DNA from: Eledone cirrhosa
Taxonomy: Eukaryota
NCBI GenBank assembly: GCA_964016885.1
Contig: OZ024757.1
Location: 15,996,001-16,060,000, forward strand
Length of the DNA: 64,000 bases
Direction: 5' to 3'
Part shown: positions 44,170-58,685 of the stretch, piece after piece
Layout: the number at the start of each line of letters is the position of its first letter
Numbering within the stretch: the stretch's first letter is position 1
Translations under genes and position numbers: made by a program
Notes under the pieces: model-generated
The model's input: the letters and a program-made list of their open reading frames with translations, nothing else
Databases searched by the model: none
What the model was told of the DNA's origin: nothing

Positions 44170-45882
44170 CAAATCCCTGCACCATAAAAATCAAAAACTG
44201 TTAATAGGGCAAATGGACCCCTCAAATTCTATAGCTACGAATCCCACCGTGGGCTAAATAGCCTCAACAACCTGAAATTGGCCAAAACCCAACGGGAATT
44301 TGTGGAGGTCAACCAGGAATGTGTTCCTCCAACGGGAGTGACAAGGCCCTGGTTTGGATTGGACAATATCAAAGACTGGGCGGTTCACAACACCGAAACC
44401 ATTTCTACACAGGACGAAGAATAGAAACCTGTGGTAACGACTGACTACAAGAGGGTCTAGAGTGGCTCCCCAGCGACAAACCTTGCACCAGTTACGGGAA
44501 CATTATGATAATGATGTATGTCTCTGTGTGAGTACGTGTGTGTGTTTTTGTGCACGTGCATGTGCGTGTGTCGTTGTGTGAGCTTGAATGCGTGCATTTG
44601 TGTGTGCGTGTGTGTGTATGAGAGCATGTGGTGCGTGCATTTGTGTGTCTGAGCACGTGTGTATGCATCTGTGTGTACATGTTTGTGGGTGTGAGCGTGT
44701 GCGTGCATTTGTGTGTAAGTGTGAGTAAGTGTGCATGTATTTGTGTGTTTGTGTAGGACATATGTGCGTGCATTTGTGTATGCGTGTTTGTGTGTGTGGG
44801 GGCATGTATGCGTGTATTTGTGAGTATGTGAGCATGTGTGCGTGCATTTGTGTGTTTGTGAGAGCATGTGTGCGTGTATTTGTATGTGTGTTCATGTGTG
44901 TGTGCATTTGTGTGTGCGTGTGTATATGTGTGTGTGTGATATTTTGAGCAGTATATATGGTTTAAGTTAAATCTAATTGATACATTTTAAATATATCTCA
45001 TAGCTCTATCACAGATGTCGATCTTTAAATACAGATAGTTTTCATTCTTTCATAGATTTACGTTAGAATCTCCAGAAAGATACTGGAAAATTGCCAGTAG
45101 TAAAACAAAAAAGAAGAGGAAGACGAAGAAAGAAAAAAGGAAGAAACCTACAGCCAGATCACGCTATCTTCTTTATCGTCTCAAATTGTTCGCTACACCA
45201 TTTATTAAGAAATCAACTGATTGAAATTCAAAACGACACCAACACAGGAAAGACTGTCTGAATACTTTACATTCAGCTGTGATCTCACTGAAATGTGTTG
45301 GAAACATTCAAAATATTCTGATACTGTCTGAAGTTTGTATACAATCCTTTGATCTCATCAGACATGTCTTCGATTTTCTATGTATGTCTCTCGACATTGT
45401 CAAATGCCATTCCTTTTAGCGATAGAAGTGTGTAAAATATCATAAACATTATTTACCCCTCTAGCGTTTCGTTTACAATCAGTCTAACGTTTTAGTTTAA
45501 GCTATACCAAACCAGAAGAGAAATCTCTCCGAGATATCTTCTTACAAGTAAGTAAAAAAAAATGGCTGTTTTAGTTTTCACAGTAATTCGCTACTGGGTT
45601 AAGACTATATCGATCCACCCGTGTGACATCTTAGCGCAGACTTTTCTAAAATGGCCTCTTTCAACAGCTTGGTGTACGCAAATATATAGAATTTGGAGGA
45701 CCGAAACGGCACAGAAAGTGTGTGTGTATGTCTGTGTATGTGTGTTTAACTTTGTGCATGTGTGCGTATTATGTGTGTCAGTGTGTATGCATGTGTGTGT
45801 ATGTGTGCGATATTCGACCCAATATATTCAGCTTTAATATGAGGAAAAGAATCCATCAGACAGTTGGTATATTTTGTATATT

Positions 45883-45961
45883 CAGGGTGTCCTAAGAAAA
45901 TGTATACACACTTATATTAGAATGATGTTGAAATGTGAATATATTTTTGGGCGACATCCTG
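45883..45961. mobile_element. About 80-bp Tc1/mariner-like mini-MITE
   Basis: cagggtgtcctaagaaaatgtatacac and gtgaatatatttttgggcgacatcctg-ta. Confidence 0.5.
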
Positions 45962-46034
45962 TATCTATCAAAGCTTAACCACAGTGATCAAGCCTCAAAT
46001 ATTCACATATATTCCTTATAATAGTAAAGAATTA

Positions 46035-46345
46035 GTGGATAGAACGTCGGGCTTAAAATCATGAGGTCGTGGGTTCGATTCTCGGACTGGGCTTTGCGTT
46101 GTGTTCTTGAGCAAAACACTTTATTTCACGTTGCTCCAGTTCATTCAGCTGTAGAAATGAATTACGATCTCACTGGTGCCAAGCTGTATCGGCCATTACC
46201 TTTCCCTTGTCGTGGAGAAAGAAGGGGAGACTGGTAAACATCGGCGACTGCTGGTCTTCCACAAACAACCTTCCCCGGACCTGTGCATCGGAGGGGAACT
46301 TTATAGGTGCAAATCAGATTGTCATTCGGGAGCGAAGAGAGACTT
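46035..46345 (+). mobile_element. CORE-like SINE with a different, longer 3' region
   Basis: gggttcgattc B-box; gttcttgagcaaaacactttatttcacgttgctccagttcattcagctgtagaaatga. Confidence 0.78.
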
Positions 46346-46359
46346 TACCTATTCCTTAT

Positions 46360-47175
46360 AATAATTGTTTCTATCATTGATACAAGACTCCAATTTGAAG
46401 GGGAAAATCGATTATACGTACCCCAGGCTTTTGTAAAGGACGTAACTCTATGCTGCAAAGCATGGTGTGCGTCACTTTACCGATACTGCCAATCCATCGC
46501 CCTTTGCCAATCCCATAATAATGGCTTTTAGGCACAAGGCTAACAATTTTTGAGGAGATGAATGTCGATTAAATCGGTCCCAGTGCATTAGATGAAAGGC
46601 AAAGCTAACATCAGCGGAATTTGAACTCAGAAAGTAAAGGGCCATAACTAAGTGCCGCAAAGCATGTTAGAGTGTCTACCGATACTACCAAATAATAATG
46701 TTTACTGATTTAGGCACAAGGCCAGCAATTTGGGGAGGGGGATGTCAAGTAAATCGACCCCAGTACATTACTGGTACTTTATCTTATCAATCCCGTAAGA
46801 AGGAAAGGCAAAGTAAACCCCGGTGGGATTCGAACTAAAAATGTAAAAGGTCGAAACTATATGCTACAAAGAATATCATCAGATGCTCTACCGACTCTGC
46901 TAATCTACAGCCGTCAATGTTGCTTATAATAATGGTTTCTACTTTTGGCACAAGGACAGCAATAATCCCAGTACATTACTGGTACTTTATTTTAGCGACC
47001 CCAAAAGGATGAAAGGCAAAGTTAACCTCGGCGGGATTGGAACTCGCACCGTAACGGGCCGTAACTCTATGCTGCAAAGCATGGCGTCCAACCTTCTACC
47101 GATACTGGCAATCGAGTTTCTGATTTGGACGCAAGGCCAACAATTCTATGGGAGAGCAAATTCGATTAAATCAAC
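46360..47175 (-). mobile_element. Cluster of degenerate SINE S1 copies
   Basis: S1 motifs about four times. Confidence 0.8.
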
Positions 47176-47598
<423 letters not shown>

Positions 47599-47726
47599 TA
47601 TATATATATTATATATATATATATTATATATAATATATATATATATATATTATATATATATATATATATTATATATATATATATTATATATAATATATAT
47701 ATATATATATTATATATATATTATAT

Positions 47727-47757
<31 letters not shown>

Positions 47758-47867
47758 TATATATATATTATATATATATATATATATATAATATATATAT
47801 ATATATATTATATATATATATTATATATATATATATATATAATATATATATATATATATTATATATA

Positions 47868-47917
<50 letters not shown>

Positions 47918-47959
47918 TATATCATATATTATATATATATATAATATATATATATTATA

Positions 47960-47997
<38 letters not shown>

Positions 47998-48068
47998 TAT
48001 ATTATATATATATATATATAATATATATGATATTAAATAAATGGAAACTATATTTATAAAACCATATT

Positions 48069-48134
48069 TATTTCGTTATATATATTTCAGGGATATCATA
48101 TTAACAATATGTTATGCCTTCTTCAGACAAAATA
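48069..48134 (-). ncRNA. Type I hammerhead, family B (mirror copy)
   Basis: Reverse complement of 48282-48347. Confidence 0.85.
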
Positions 48135-48281
48135 CAATATAAACAGTCTTATAAATAAATAGATACGACATACCTTTCAATCACCTTGCATTTGGGAGGT
48201 TGATTTGGCAAATCAACCTCCCAAATGCAAGGTGATTGAAAGGTATGTCGTATCTATTTATTTATAAGACTGTTTATATTG

Positions 48282-48347
48282 TATTTTGTCTGAAGAAGGC
48301 ATAACATATTTTTAATATGATATCCCTGAAATATATATAACGAAATA
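48282..48347 (+). ncRNA. Type I hammerhead, family B
   Basis: UAUUUUGU-CUGAAGA-AGGCAUAACAUAUU..AAUAUGAUAUCCCU-GAAA-UAUAUA-UA-ACGAAAUA; 8-bp stem I. Confidence 0.87.
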
Positions 48348-48554
48348 AATATGGTTTTATAAATATAGTTTCCATTTATTTAATATCATAAATATACTCC
48401 AAATACTTGTTGAGTGCTTTTATATCAGTTATAAATATTTACTCGTTGTTAACCCAACAATTTAAATATAACTTTCCATATATAATATATATATATTATA
48501 TATATATATTATATATATATATATAATATATATATATTATATATATATTATATA

Positions 48555-48604
<50 letters not shown>

Positions 48605-48629
48605 ATATATATATATTATATATATATAT

Positions 48630-48661
<32 letters not shown>

Positions 48662-48676
48662 ATTATATATATATAT

Positions 48677-48746
<70 letters not shown>

Positions 48747-48748
48747 AT

Positions 48749-48781
<33 letters not shown>

Positions 48782-48806
48782 ATATATATATATTATATAT
48801 ATATAT

Positions 48807-48838
<32 letters not shown>

Positions 48839-48846
48839 ATTATATA

Positions 48847-48895
<49 letters not shown>

Positions 48896-48944
48896 ATTAT
48901 ATATATATATATATTATATATATATATATTATATATATATATAT

Positions 48945-48976
<32 letters not shown>

Positions 48977-48990
48977 ATATATTATATATA

Positions 48991-49060
<70 letters not shown>

Positions 49061-49093
49061 ATATATTATATATATATATATATTATATATATA

Positions 49094-49138
<45 letters not shown>

Positions 49139-49219
49139 GGAGGTTGAGTTTTATTGTAGTACAATAAACCAATGCAGATATCGTTGATTTAAAACTGCAC
49201 TATTCATATCATGTCTCCC

Positions 49220-49290
49220 TATTTTATCTGACGAAAACGCAAATGTTATTGCATGATGATATTTGTTTTTGAAATGTGCATAATAAAATA
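49220..49290 (+). ncRNA. Type I hammerhead
   Basis: UAUUUUAU-CUGACGA-AAACGCAAAUGUUAUU(GCAU)GAUGAUAUUUGUUUUU-GAAA-UGUGCA-UA-AUAAAAUA; perfect 8-bp stem I. Confidence 0.9.
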
Positions 49291-49322
49291 CATGGAACTC
49301 CTTTAACCATCTTTTGATCTTA

Positions 49323-49352
<30 letters not shown>

Positions 49353-49354
<2 letters not shown>

Positions 49355-49544
49355 GGAACAAGTAAGACCGCGACGGCTGAGCTCAAGCCGTTTCGACGGC
49401 TAATTCTGGACTGAATTAACCGTCGAAACGGCTTGAGCTCAGCCGTCGGGGTCTTACTTGTTCCTATTACCCACTCTACTCCCCTAAGTATTGAGTACTT
49501 TGGTGCGTTATAGTCCACCTGGTTACTTACCACATTTCCTTCGG

Positions 49545-49545
<1 letters not shown>
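49353..49545. mobile_element. Family A fold-back copy
   Basis: Short inverted arm starts taggaa; centre ctggactgaatt at about 49410. Confidence 0.8.
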
Positions 49546-49609
<64 letters not shown>

Positions 49610-50121
49610 TACAAAGCATGTCGGCTGGTTCTCTACCGACCCTACCGTTCCACCGCCATGGTAGGCCATAACTAAATGCCACAAAGCATGTCAACCGTCG
49701 ACGCTCTACCGACCCTATCGATCTGCCGCCACCCTAAAAGGCCGTAACAAAATACTACAAAGCATTTTATGGTCTGCCGGTCTAACACTTCTGCCAATCC
49801 ACCACCTATATATTCCTTATAACAATGAAATTGTTCACGCTAGTATTTCTAGAAATTTCTCTGGAACATCGCCAATAGAGAAGAGAAACCTGAGGCCAAA
49901 ATAAATAGCAGATAACGATGATAATACAATATGTTCGTGACAATTGTCTCTCACTATTTACACACAAGGCAAGCAGTTTGTTATTACAGAAATACTATAT
50001 ATATTGATATGTTGATAACCTATTGTACTTAAACCGATACAATTTTTATTGTATTATACTATGTTGTATTATGTTATGTTATATTATATAATCATTACTT
50101 TAGATTTACTGATGTTTATAT

Positions 50122-50236
<115 letters not shown>

Positions 50237-50368
50237 AATATATATCTATATATATCTATAAATATATATATATATATATCTATATATATAAATATATATA
50301 TCTATATATATAAATATATATATCTATATATATAAATATATATATCTATATATATAAATATATATATC

Positions 50369-50506
<138 letters not shown>

Positions 50507-50515
50507 CAGATACAC

Positions 50516-50550
<35 letters not shown>

Positions 50551-50612
50551 TATATACATGAATAAATTCATACATACCTACATAAACGCACTAAATCACT
50601 CGCTCACACACA

Positions 50613-50692
<80 letters not shown>

Positions 50693-51112
50693 TGTATACA
50701 GATCTACAGTAGTATATATATATATACATACATACATGCACACATATATATATATGTACGTATGGATTCACCGAACATTTATTATAATGCTCGATGTGTA
50801 TGTAAACAAACATCCCGTATTAAGCCGTAGTGTCTAGCAACCATCGTTGCTCGTTTGCTCAACACTGACAAAGGAACGCTGTACTAGTTTCAAGCTTATT
50901 AGCTATCTTCAGCAACGTATCATATATATATATATATGTGTGCATCCATACGTACATATATATATGTGTGCATGTATGTATATATATATATATATATATA
51001 TACATACTACTGTACATATGTATACATATATGTATGTATGTACGTGTACATACTTATATTTAAGTAACAGCCGTACTAAGAGTGGGAAATGAAATTTCGT
51101 TTCATATTTTCT

Positions 51113-51167
<55 letters not shown>

Positions 51168-51296
51168 GATAAATCTACCAAGAGTTTACGGTAGTGTCCA
51201 ATCCGTATGAAGAACTCAATGTAGTCCGGATATCATGGAAAGAAGAGATGCAATGAAAAATCACTTTCGGTGAAAGATAAACGGAATACAGAGTCA

Positions 51297-51368
<72 letters not shown>

Positions 51369-51461
51369 GAAGTTATTCCGCCGGAAAAGTCCAGGAAAAA
51401 AGAGTGCTCTATGTAGGTAACAGAGCTTAATAGTTATGTAATAAACAACATAAAGCAATTA

Positions 51462-51521
51462 TTCCATTTACCAGTGGTTTCTTAAAAGCAAAAAATGTTG
51501 TTTTCAATCATCAGAATGAAA
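51462..51521 (-). ncRNA. Type I hammerhead
   Basis: UUCAUU-CUGAUGA-UUGAAA..UUUUAA-GAAA-CCACUGG-UA-AAUGGA. Confidence 0.82.
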
Positions 51522-51900
51522 AAATCCTTGTGTATTTATTGATATTCGATTCTAAAAATTATGGTACCTTCGACTGTTCCCTTGTCAGGGGGACGGACGG
51601 ACGAAAACTTCAGAAATATTAATTTTCTGTTTCCTAGCTACTTTAGTTTGTACTGCCTCGGGTACGTCATCTTATTACATCATGATGATGTCTGATGGCA
51701 TCAGGTGACTGGTAACGTAAAATCACGTGGCATTGATCGTCATTGAAATATGTATCACGACTTTACCAGTAAAAGTATCTACCACAAACTTTGCATTTTC
51801 TTAAATATAATCTGTCGTCCTTATTTCGAAGAAGCAACATGACGTTGAGTGCTTCAATTGAATTGCATCAATATTTACCGTGAGTGTGTGTGTGTGAAGA

Positions 51901-51933
<33 letters not shown>

Positions 51934-51987
51934 CACATATTATATATATAATTTTATAGTTATGTAATAAACAACATTAAATAATTA

Positions 51988-52048
51988 TTTCATTTACCAG
52001 TGGTTTCTTGAAAGCAAACGAAATTTGCTTTCAGTCATCAGAATGAAA
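51988..52048 (-). ncRNA. Type I hammerhead, same family as 51462
   Basis: UUUCAUU-CUGAUGA-CUGAAAGCAAA(UUUCG)UUUGCUUUCAA-GAAA-CCACUGG-UA-AAUGAAA. Confidence 0.9.
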
Positions 52049-52084
52049 AAACCCTGGTGTATGTATTGACAGTCAATACATACA

Positions 52085-52231
52085 GTGTATTACTAGTACT
52101 TTATTTTATCGACCCCGTAAGGATGAAAGGCAAAGTCAATCTCGGCCGGATTTGAACTCAGATCGTAAAGGGACGTAACTATGCTGGAAAGCATGGCGTC
52201 CGACCCTCTACCGATACTGCCAATCCACCGC
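52085..52231 (-). mobile_element. SINE S1
   Basis: S1 consensus reverse complement. Confidence 0.88.
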
Positions 52232-52332
52232 TGTCTTCAGAAATAATGATATTTGTTTATTAAAAAAAAACCAACAAAGATTTAATATAATAGGTCCGTT
52301 TGGGAACAGGTTTTGAATTGACCAATAGAAAA

Positions 52333-52381
<49 letters not shown>

Positions 52382-52516
52382 TAACAGATTAAAGTTTAAG
52401 CAATAAACTTTAATCTGTTATTTTAATAAATATTTGCTCTACGGTTCTTATATATTTGATATATATTTATCCTTATCGAGCGCTCTTTGGATTTTAGTCT
52501 TCAAATTTATTATTAT

Positions 52517-52559
<43 letters not shown>

Positions 52560-52920
52560 GTGATCCAGGGAGAGAGACAGGTATAGTGAGATAGTGTATG
52601 AGAGGAGAAGCAGACATAGAGAGGGAGACAGCCTCCAGTATTATTAGAAGATTCTAGAAAGAAATGAAACGACGACTGTTACAACGTCTGAAGAATCTTA
52701 TGAATTCTGTTTGAAAAGCTCAAATCTAAACCATCTAGGTTAATAAAACAACGTTGCTTCATCGAATTATTCTGTTTACACTCAAAAACTATTACACTAA
52801 TCCAATAAACTTATTTTACCCTAAAGATCATAACTACTTTACGTGGCTATATACACACATACTTGCAATGAATATATATATACATATACACACCTACATA
52901 TACATATATATATATATATG

Positions 52921-53023
<103 letters not shown>

Positions 53024-53102
53024 TATATATATATATTTATGTGTGTATACAAACACACACACTCACGCATGTATATATGTGTGTGTGTGTGCGTGTGTGT
53101 GC

Positions 53103-53140
<38 letters not shown>

Positions 53141-53167
53141 GTGTGTATACAAACACACTCACACACA

Positions 53168-53235
<68 letters not shown>

Positions 53236-55204
53236 TATGTATGTATGTATACATATTCTGTAAAAAAATATTTGATAAATATCATTTCCGCTGTCTTTAA
53301 CTTTTGTTATAAATATTAGTTTTATACTGTCCAGAAATCCCCGATAGACATTATATCTAGTATCTAGTATCTACTATAGAGTTGTGACTGTGGTTGGTGA
53401 AAGTAGACCACAGAGAATAGCAACAAGAAAAAAACAACTGAATGGTATTAGCGAGAATGTAACAATGGCGCAACTAGGATTGGCTGAGAAAGGCTGTCGC
53501 TTCTGTTTTACAGAACGTCGGTAAACAACAACCATATAGATTATATACTTATACGTGGTTCGAATGAATATTTCATAGGCTGACTATGAAGGAGTGATGT
53601 TTGAGCTGTGAAATCTTGTATGCATTATTTTCAGTTCTTATTAATAGCTACATAGTTTCTTTCCAGGGACTATGTTGAAAAATATACCCCCATTTGGTCA
53701 TTCCATGAGTGTATCTTGGTCAGCCTATGAACTTTTTAGCCTAGTCCTTGAAACGTTAATAAGCTGACTAAGAATGAGTGATGCTAGAGCTCTGGAATCT
53801 TGCATGCATTAATTTCAATTCTTATTAATAACTGTAGTTTCTTTCACCATGTTGAAAAATAAAGCTCATTTGGTCAGTTTATGAGAGTATCCTGGTCAGC
53901 CTATGGACTTGTGAGTCGATCCTTGTATAAGTGTGTCTATATGCATATGACAGACTCTCTCGTCGTGTTCGTCACATGAGGGCCAACACATTTTAATTTC
54001 TTTTTACATCACATTTTAATGTTTGTGTCTACTGTCAGACACTAAACTTGCCCTTTTGTAAACCAGACCGCATCTTTCACACACAAATGGTTCAACAGAA
54101 ACTGCATTCCTTTCACCTTGGCTTTGATTACCTAGCTGCTTAATCCTTGTGTTTTCATGGATCCTGGCGCAGTTTTGAGAGATTTCCCTCCACCCGTTAC
54201 GGTCAGCAGCACATTCCGCAAATTCTAAGGGTTGTATTTTTCATCAAATTCTAAGAGTTGTATTTCCCGGCGTCGAAGAAGCTACTTTTTTCCTAAAATA
54301 AGTCTCAAAAATCTACAGTGTGTCCTGGAGGCCGAAGGTTGTTTATTATCTTTTTTCAAATTGTTGTTTGTCAAAATTAAGATGCGCTCTTGAGGACGAA
54401 GCGTCTTCGGCGCCGGGAAATACGGCAGTCATGAGAGTTATTCAGCGAAGTAAATTGTGTAAAAAGGTTGGCCATTTTGAATTACAGGCACAACTTATTT
54501 TTACCAGCTGAGTAGACTGGAGTAACGTGAAATAAAGCGATTTGCTCAAGGCCCTCCAGTCGAAATACTGGCAGTCTTGTATTGTACCATCAATCGTGAA
54601 TAGCTAATGAAACCATGATAAACATGAGCCTCTAAACTTTGGACAAACTCCAGCATCTTTTAAGACTAATCTTCCTCAGACAATTCACCAAAAGTTAGCG
54701 TAAAGTTATAAAAGAATTCTAAATATAATATCGAAAGTTAATTGGCGGGTTTCGCACCGTTCGTCCTTTAAAGAAAATTTTATATATGGAGGTTCCTACA
54801 TTTAGCAGAATTTCGTTTTTTATTGTTGTTTTTCTATATTTGCAGAAATTTTGGCGGAGTTCGTATCTGTCTAGAATGACAGCTTTACCGCCCAGCTTTC
54901 CATCATTTCAATCATTTCAGAACAGTGTAATCAGTAACAGAAGGTGATTAATCACTATTGCAACTAGATAATCGATTTGTTGTAGAAAATTCTACATTGA
55001 TCGATAGCTTCAAGACGTATATTTTTATTCATTGCTTGAAACAATTTAATGATCTCTCTTTATCTTTCCATTTTTTTTTTATCTCAGTTTATTCAGACCA
55101 GTGGAAACATTTGTCAATATATAATTAAAAGAATGTAAATTAGAAAACCTAACAGAAAACAATGTATTCAAATATTGCTGAAATGACGAGTGGATCTTGT
55201 CTGA

Positions 55205-55595
55205 TAGCCAATGAGTGCTAAAGTAGCTTCGGTCGTGTTAGATCTCGTCGGGAATGTATGTTCAACGGAAGTTACTTCGATTAACAATGATTAACTTCAG
55301 ATTTAGAAAAGCAGGAGCTAAGCTGTGATAGCGAGCATGCTGTAAAAGATGTTTCGGTTTTGTTAGACCTCGTCGGCGAAGTATGTTCAACGGCAGTTAG
55401 CTTGACTAACAAACATTAACTTTAGATGTAAGAAAGTAAGAGCTAATGTGTGGGTGGCGAGCATATTGTAAAGGAGTTTCGGTCGTGTTAGATCTCGTCA
55501 GCGAAGCATGTTCAACGGCATTTAGCCCGATTAACATGAATGATTAGCGTTAGAAATAGGAAAGCAAGGAGTGAGGTGTGGTGGTGAGCATGAGT
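55205..55595 (-). repeat. Diverged 125-bp tandem repeat (about 3 units), each with a hammerhead-like core
   Basis: ttcggt at 55228, 55353 and 55478; minus-strand consensus C(U/C)GACGA-GGUC(UAACAC)GACC-GAAAC. Confidence 0.75.
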
Positions 55596-55696
55596 GAGGT
55601 GTGGTGGCGAGCATGAGCCAGGTGCACGGGTCTGCTCTAAGTTTACACCTGTAAATTAGAGAACTGGAAGAAGACACCTCATTTGGCTTTTCCACG

Positions 55697-56072
55697 ACCC
55701 AGTGCATTACTGGTACTTTATTCTCTCGACGCCGTAAGAATGATAGGCAAAGCTAACCTCAGCAGGATTTGAACTCAGATGGTAAAGGGCCGTAACTCTA
55801 TGCCACAAAGCATGTGTTCCGACGCTCTACCGATACTGCCAATCTACCGCAACAACAACAACAACCGCAATAATAATAGTAATAATAATAATATTTGTTT
55901 CTACTTTCGGCACAGGGCCAACAATTACCCCAGTGTATTGCTGGTACTTTATTTTATCGAACCCGTAAGGATGAAAGGCAGAGTTAACCTCGGCGGGATT
56001 TGAACTCAGTTTGTAAAGGGACGTAACTCTATGCTGCAACGCATAGCGTCCGACCCTCTACCGATACTGCCA
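55697..56072 (-). mobile_element. Two SINE S1 copies
   Basis: S1 motifs twice. Confidence 0.87.
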
Positions 56073-57350
56073 AATGATAATAATAATGATGATGATGATG
56101 ATGATGATGAGTTAATGTCCACATATTGGCATAGTTTACATCTCTTTCTTCTCACATTTCAAATACACAATGATTCATAACAATTTCTCAAAATCCGGAA
56201 AGAAAAGAAATTATGCTTCTAAAATAACACGCACGCACACGCACACACACACACGCACACACACGCACACACACACACATACATACACACAATGAAGTCG
56301 AATGAAACCTTGCCGAGTTGTCGAGAGAAATAATTGGATTACACAGGCTTCTGATAACAACAGGAAAGGAGAAGAAATGAATATGAACCACGGGCGGAAT
56401 AGCCTTTAATTTATTTACGCCGGATGAGCGTTGCTGAGGAGAGGCTATTTGAAAGAGATATGCAATGCGGTAGAGATTTCATCTAACTAAACACATTGTG
56501 GTTTGTAGAGATGTGTTGAGTGGATATCATGTGGACGGAGTTAAAATACCATTCTGCGTTAAGGGGTTGGTTTGTTAGCGTTGTAGTCGTGAGAGCGTTG
56601 GGTGTTTGTTTAGGTTGTCTGAATTCGGCGTTCAAATCACACCAAGGTCCATTTTGCATTTGCTTTTCATCCTTTTAGGGTCAATAAAGAAACAACCACC
56701 GCCATGTTTATACAGCCAGCGCCCTGTTTGTACAGACTTCTCTCCTTCGAACTCTCACATCTTCGATGTTCTGCTAGATCAAGGAAATTAAGGTCGAGCG
56801 AACGTTTGTGTCTGCTAAGGTCCCCTTTCCCTTTCAAGAGGGTGTTCTTTTTTTTTTCTGAGTTTCATCCACTTTGCTTTTCGTTGTTTCGACGTCAATA
56901 AAAAAAAAAGTACCAGCGACATATTTGTACATTATCTCTTTCCACCTCTCACATGCTGGATGAAGGAAGCTCGAAAGTATGTCTGCGTTTGCTAAGATCC
57001 ACTTTGTCGTTCGTTATTTCAAGTTCGATAAAGAAAGTACCATTCCAATGCTGGTGCAGCCCTCTCTCCTAGCTGTCACATCCTGGTTCTTCTGGTAGAT
57101 CAAGAGAATGAAGTTCGAGAGGGTGTTATTATCTGTTAAGGTCCACTTTGCTTCTCTGTCCTCGGGGATAAAAAAGCAAGTACCATCCCAATCCTGATCT
57201 AACTCTCTCTCTCTCTCTCTCTCTCTTCTTCCATCTGTCACATTTTAAATATTATATAGAGTAAATAATACATGAGTACTATCAGGCAGATGTTATGTAG
57301 AGTACTCACATTACATCAGTGCTACCAGATACCGTAGACGATATATAGAG

Positions 57351-57792
57351 CAGGCACGTCAAACCTGAAGCCCGCGTGCCGCATGCGACCCTTTACAAGC
57401 ACACCTGCGACCCTTTACAAGCACACCTGCGACCCTTTACAAGCACTCCTGCGACCCTTTACAAGCACACCTGCGACCCTTTACAAGCACACCTGCGACC
57501 CTTTACAAGCACACCTGCGACCCTTTTACAAGCACACCTGCGACCCTTTACAAGTACACCTGCGACCCTTTACAAGCACACCTGCGACCCTTTTACAAGC
57601 ACACCTGCGACCCTTTACAAGCACACCTGCGACCCTTTACAAGCACACCTGCGACCGCACAAAGGTTTTTACAGCGCGAGCATATTTTATCTTCGTAATG
57701 TAAAATAAAAAAATTAGTTATCGTGTGTGACCCTCAGACAACATATATGTCACCCATGTGGCCCTCGAGGGACCCTCCATTTGACATGCCTG
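57351..57792. mobile_element. hAT (Charlie-like) MITE
   Basis: TIRs caggcacgtcaaa and tttgacatgcctg; 8-bp flanks only partly match (atatagag, atattagt). Confidence 0.75.
57385..57656 (+). repeat. 22-bp minisatellite, about 12 copies, inside the hAT MITE
   Basis: gcgaccctttacaagcacacct repeated. Confidence 0.97.
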
Positions 57793-57939
57793 ATATTAGT
57801 ATTCTAGATAGATCAGTACTATCAGACAATGTAGACGTCAAGTAGAGTACTCACATTGCATAAGTAAGTACAATCAATAAAGTACTCCAGATGCATCAGT
57901 ACTATAACACAATGTAGACTTTATGTAGGGTACTAAAGA

Positions 57940-58685
57940 CACATCAATACTATCAGACAGTACTCTATATACATCAATACTATTAGTACAGGAGTCTATA
58001 TACACCAGGACTATCAGTACAGTACTCTATATACATCAATACTAACAGACAGTACTCTATATACATCAATACTATCAGACAGTACTCTATATACATCAAT
58101 ACTATCAGAAAGTACTCTATATACATCAGTACTATCAGACAGTACTCTATATACATCAGTACTATCAGACAGTACTCTATATACATCAATACTATCAGAG
58201 AGTACTCTATATACATCAGTACTATCAGACAGTACTCTATATACATCAATACTATCAGACAGTACTCTATATACATCAATACTATCAGAGAGTACTCTAT
58301 ATACATCAGTACTATCAGACAGTACTCTATATACATCAATACTATCAGACAGTACTCTATATACATCAATACTATCAGAGAGTACTCTATATACATCAGT
58401 ACTATCAGACAGTACTCTATATACATCAATACTATCAGACAGTACTCTATATACATCAATACTATCAGAGAGTACTCTATATACATCAATACTATCAGAC
58501 AGTACTCTATATACATCAGTACTATCAGACAGTACTCTATATACATCAATGCTATCAGAGAGTAATCTATATACATCAGTACTATCAGACATTACCCTAT
58601 ATACATCAATACTATCAGACAGTACTCTATATACATCAGTACTATCAGACATTACTCTATATACATCAATACTATCAGACTATAG
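57940..58685 (+). repeat. 30-bp minisatellite, about 24 copies
   Basis: agtactctatatacatca(a/g)tactatcaga(c/g). Confidence 0.98.

Larger units (their letters stand above)
48026..48478. mobile_element. Family B fold-back with 182-bp arms, 1-nt loop and a 3' tail
   Basis: Arms 48026-48207 and 48209-48390. Confidence 0.92.

Noticed and set aside
54846-54942. Candidate exon after a polypyrimidine-tgcag acceptor (KFWRSSYLSRMTALPP..)
   Set aside because: Weak donor, no recognisable homology, no partner exons.
57983-58652. Repeat-protein ORFs or a CRISPR-like array
   Set aside because: Contiguous 30-bp minisatellite without unique spacers; eukaryotic context and no cas genes.
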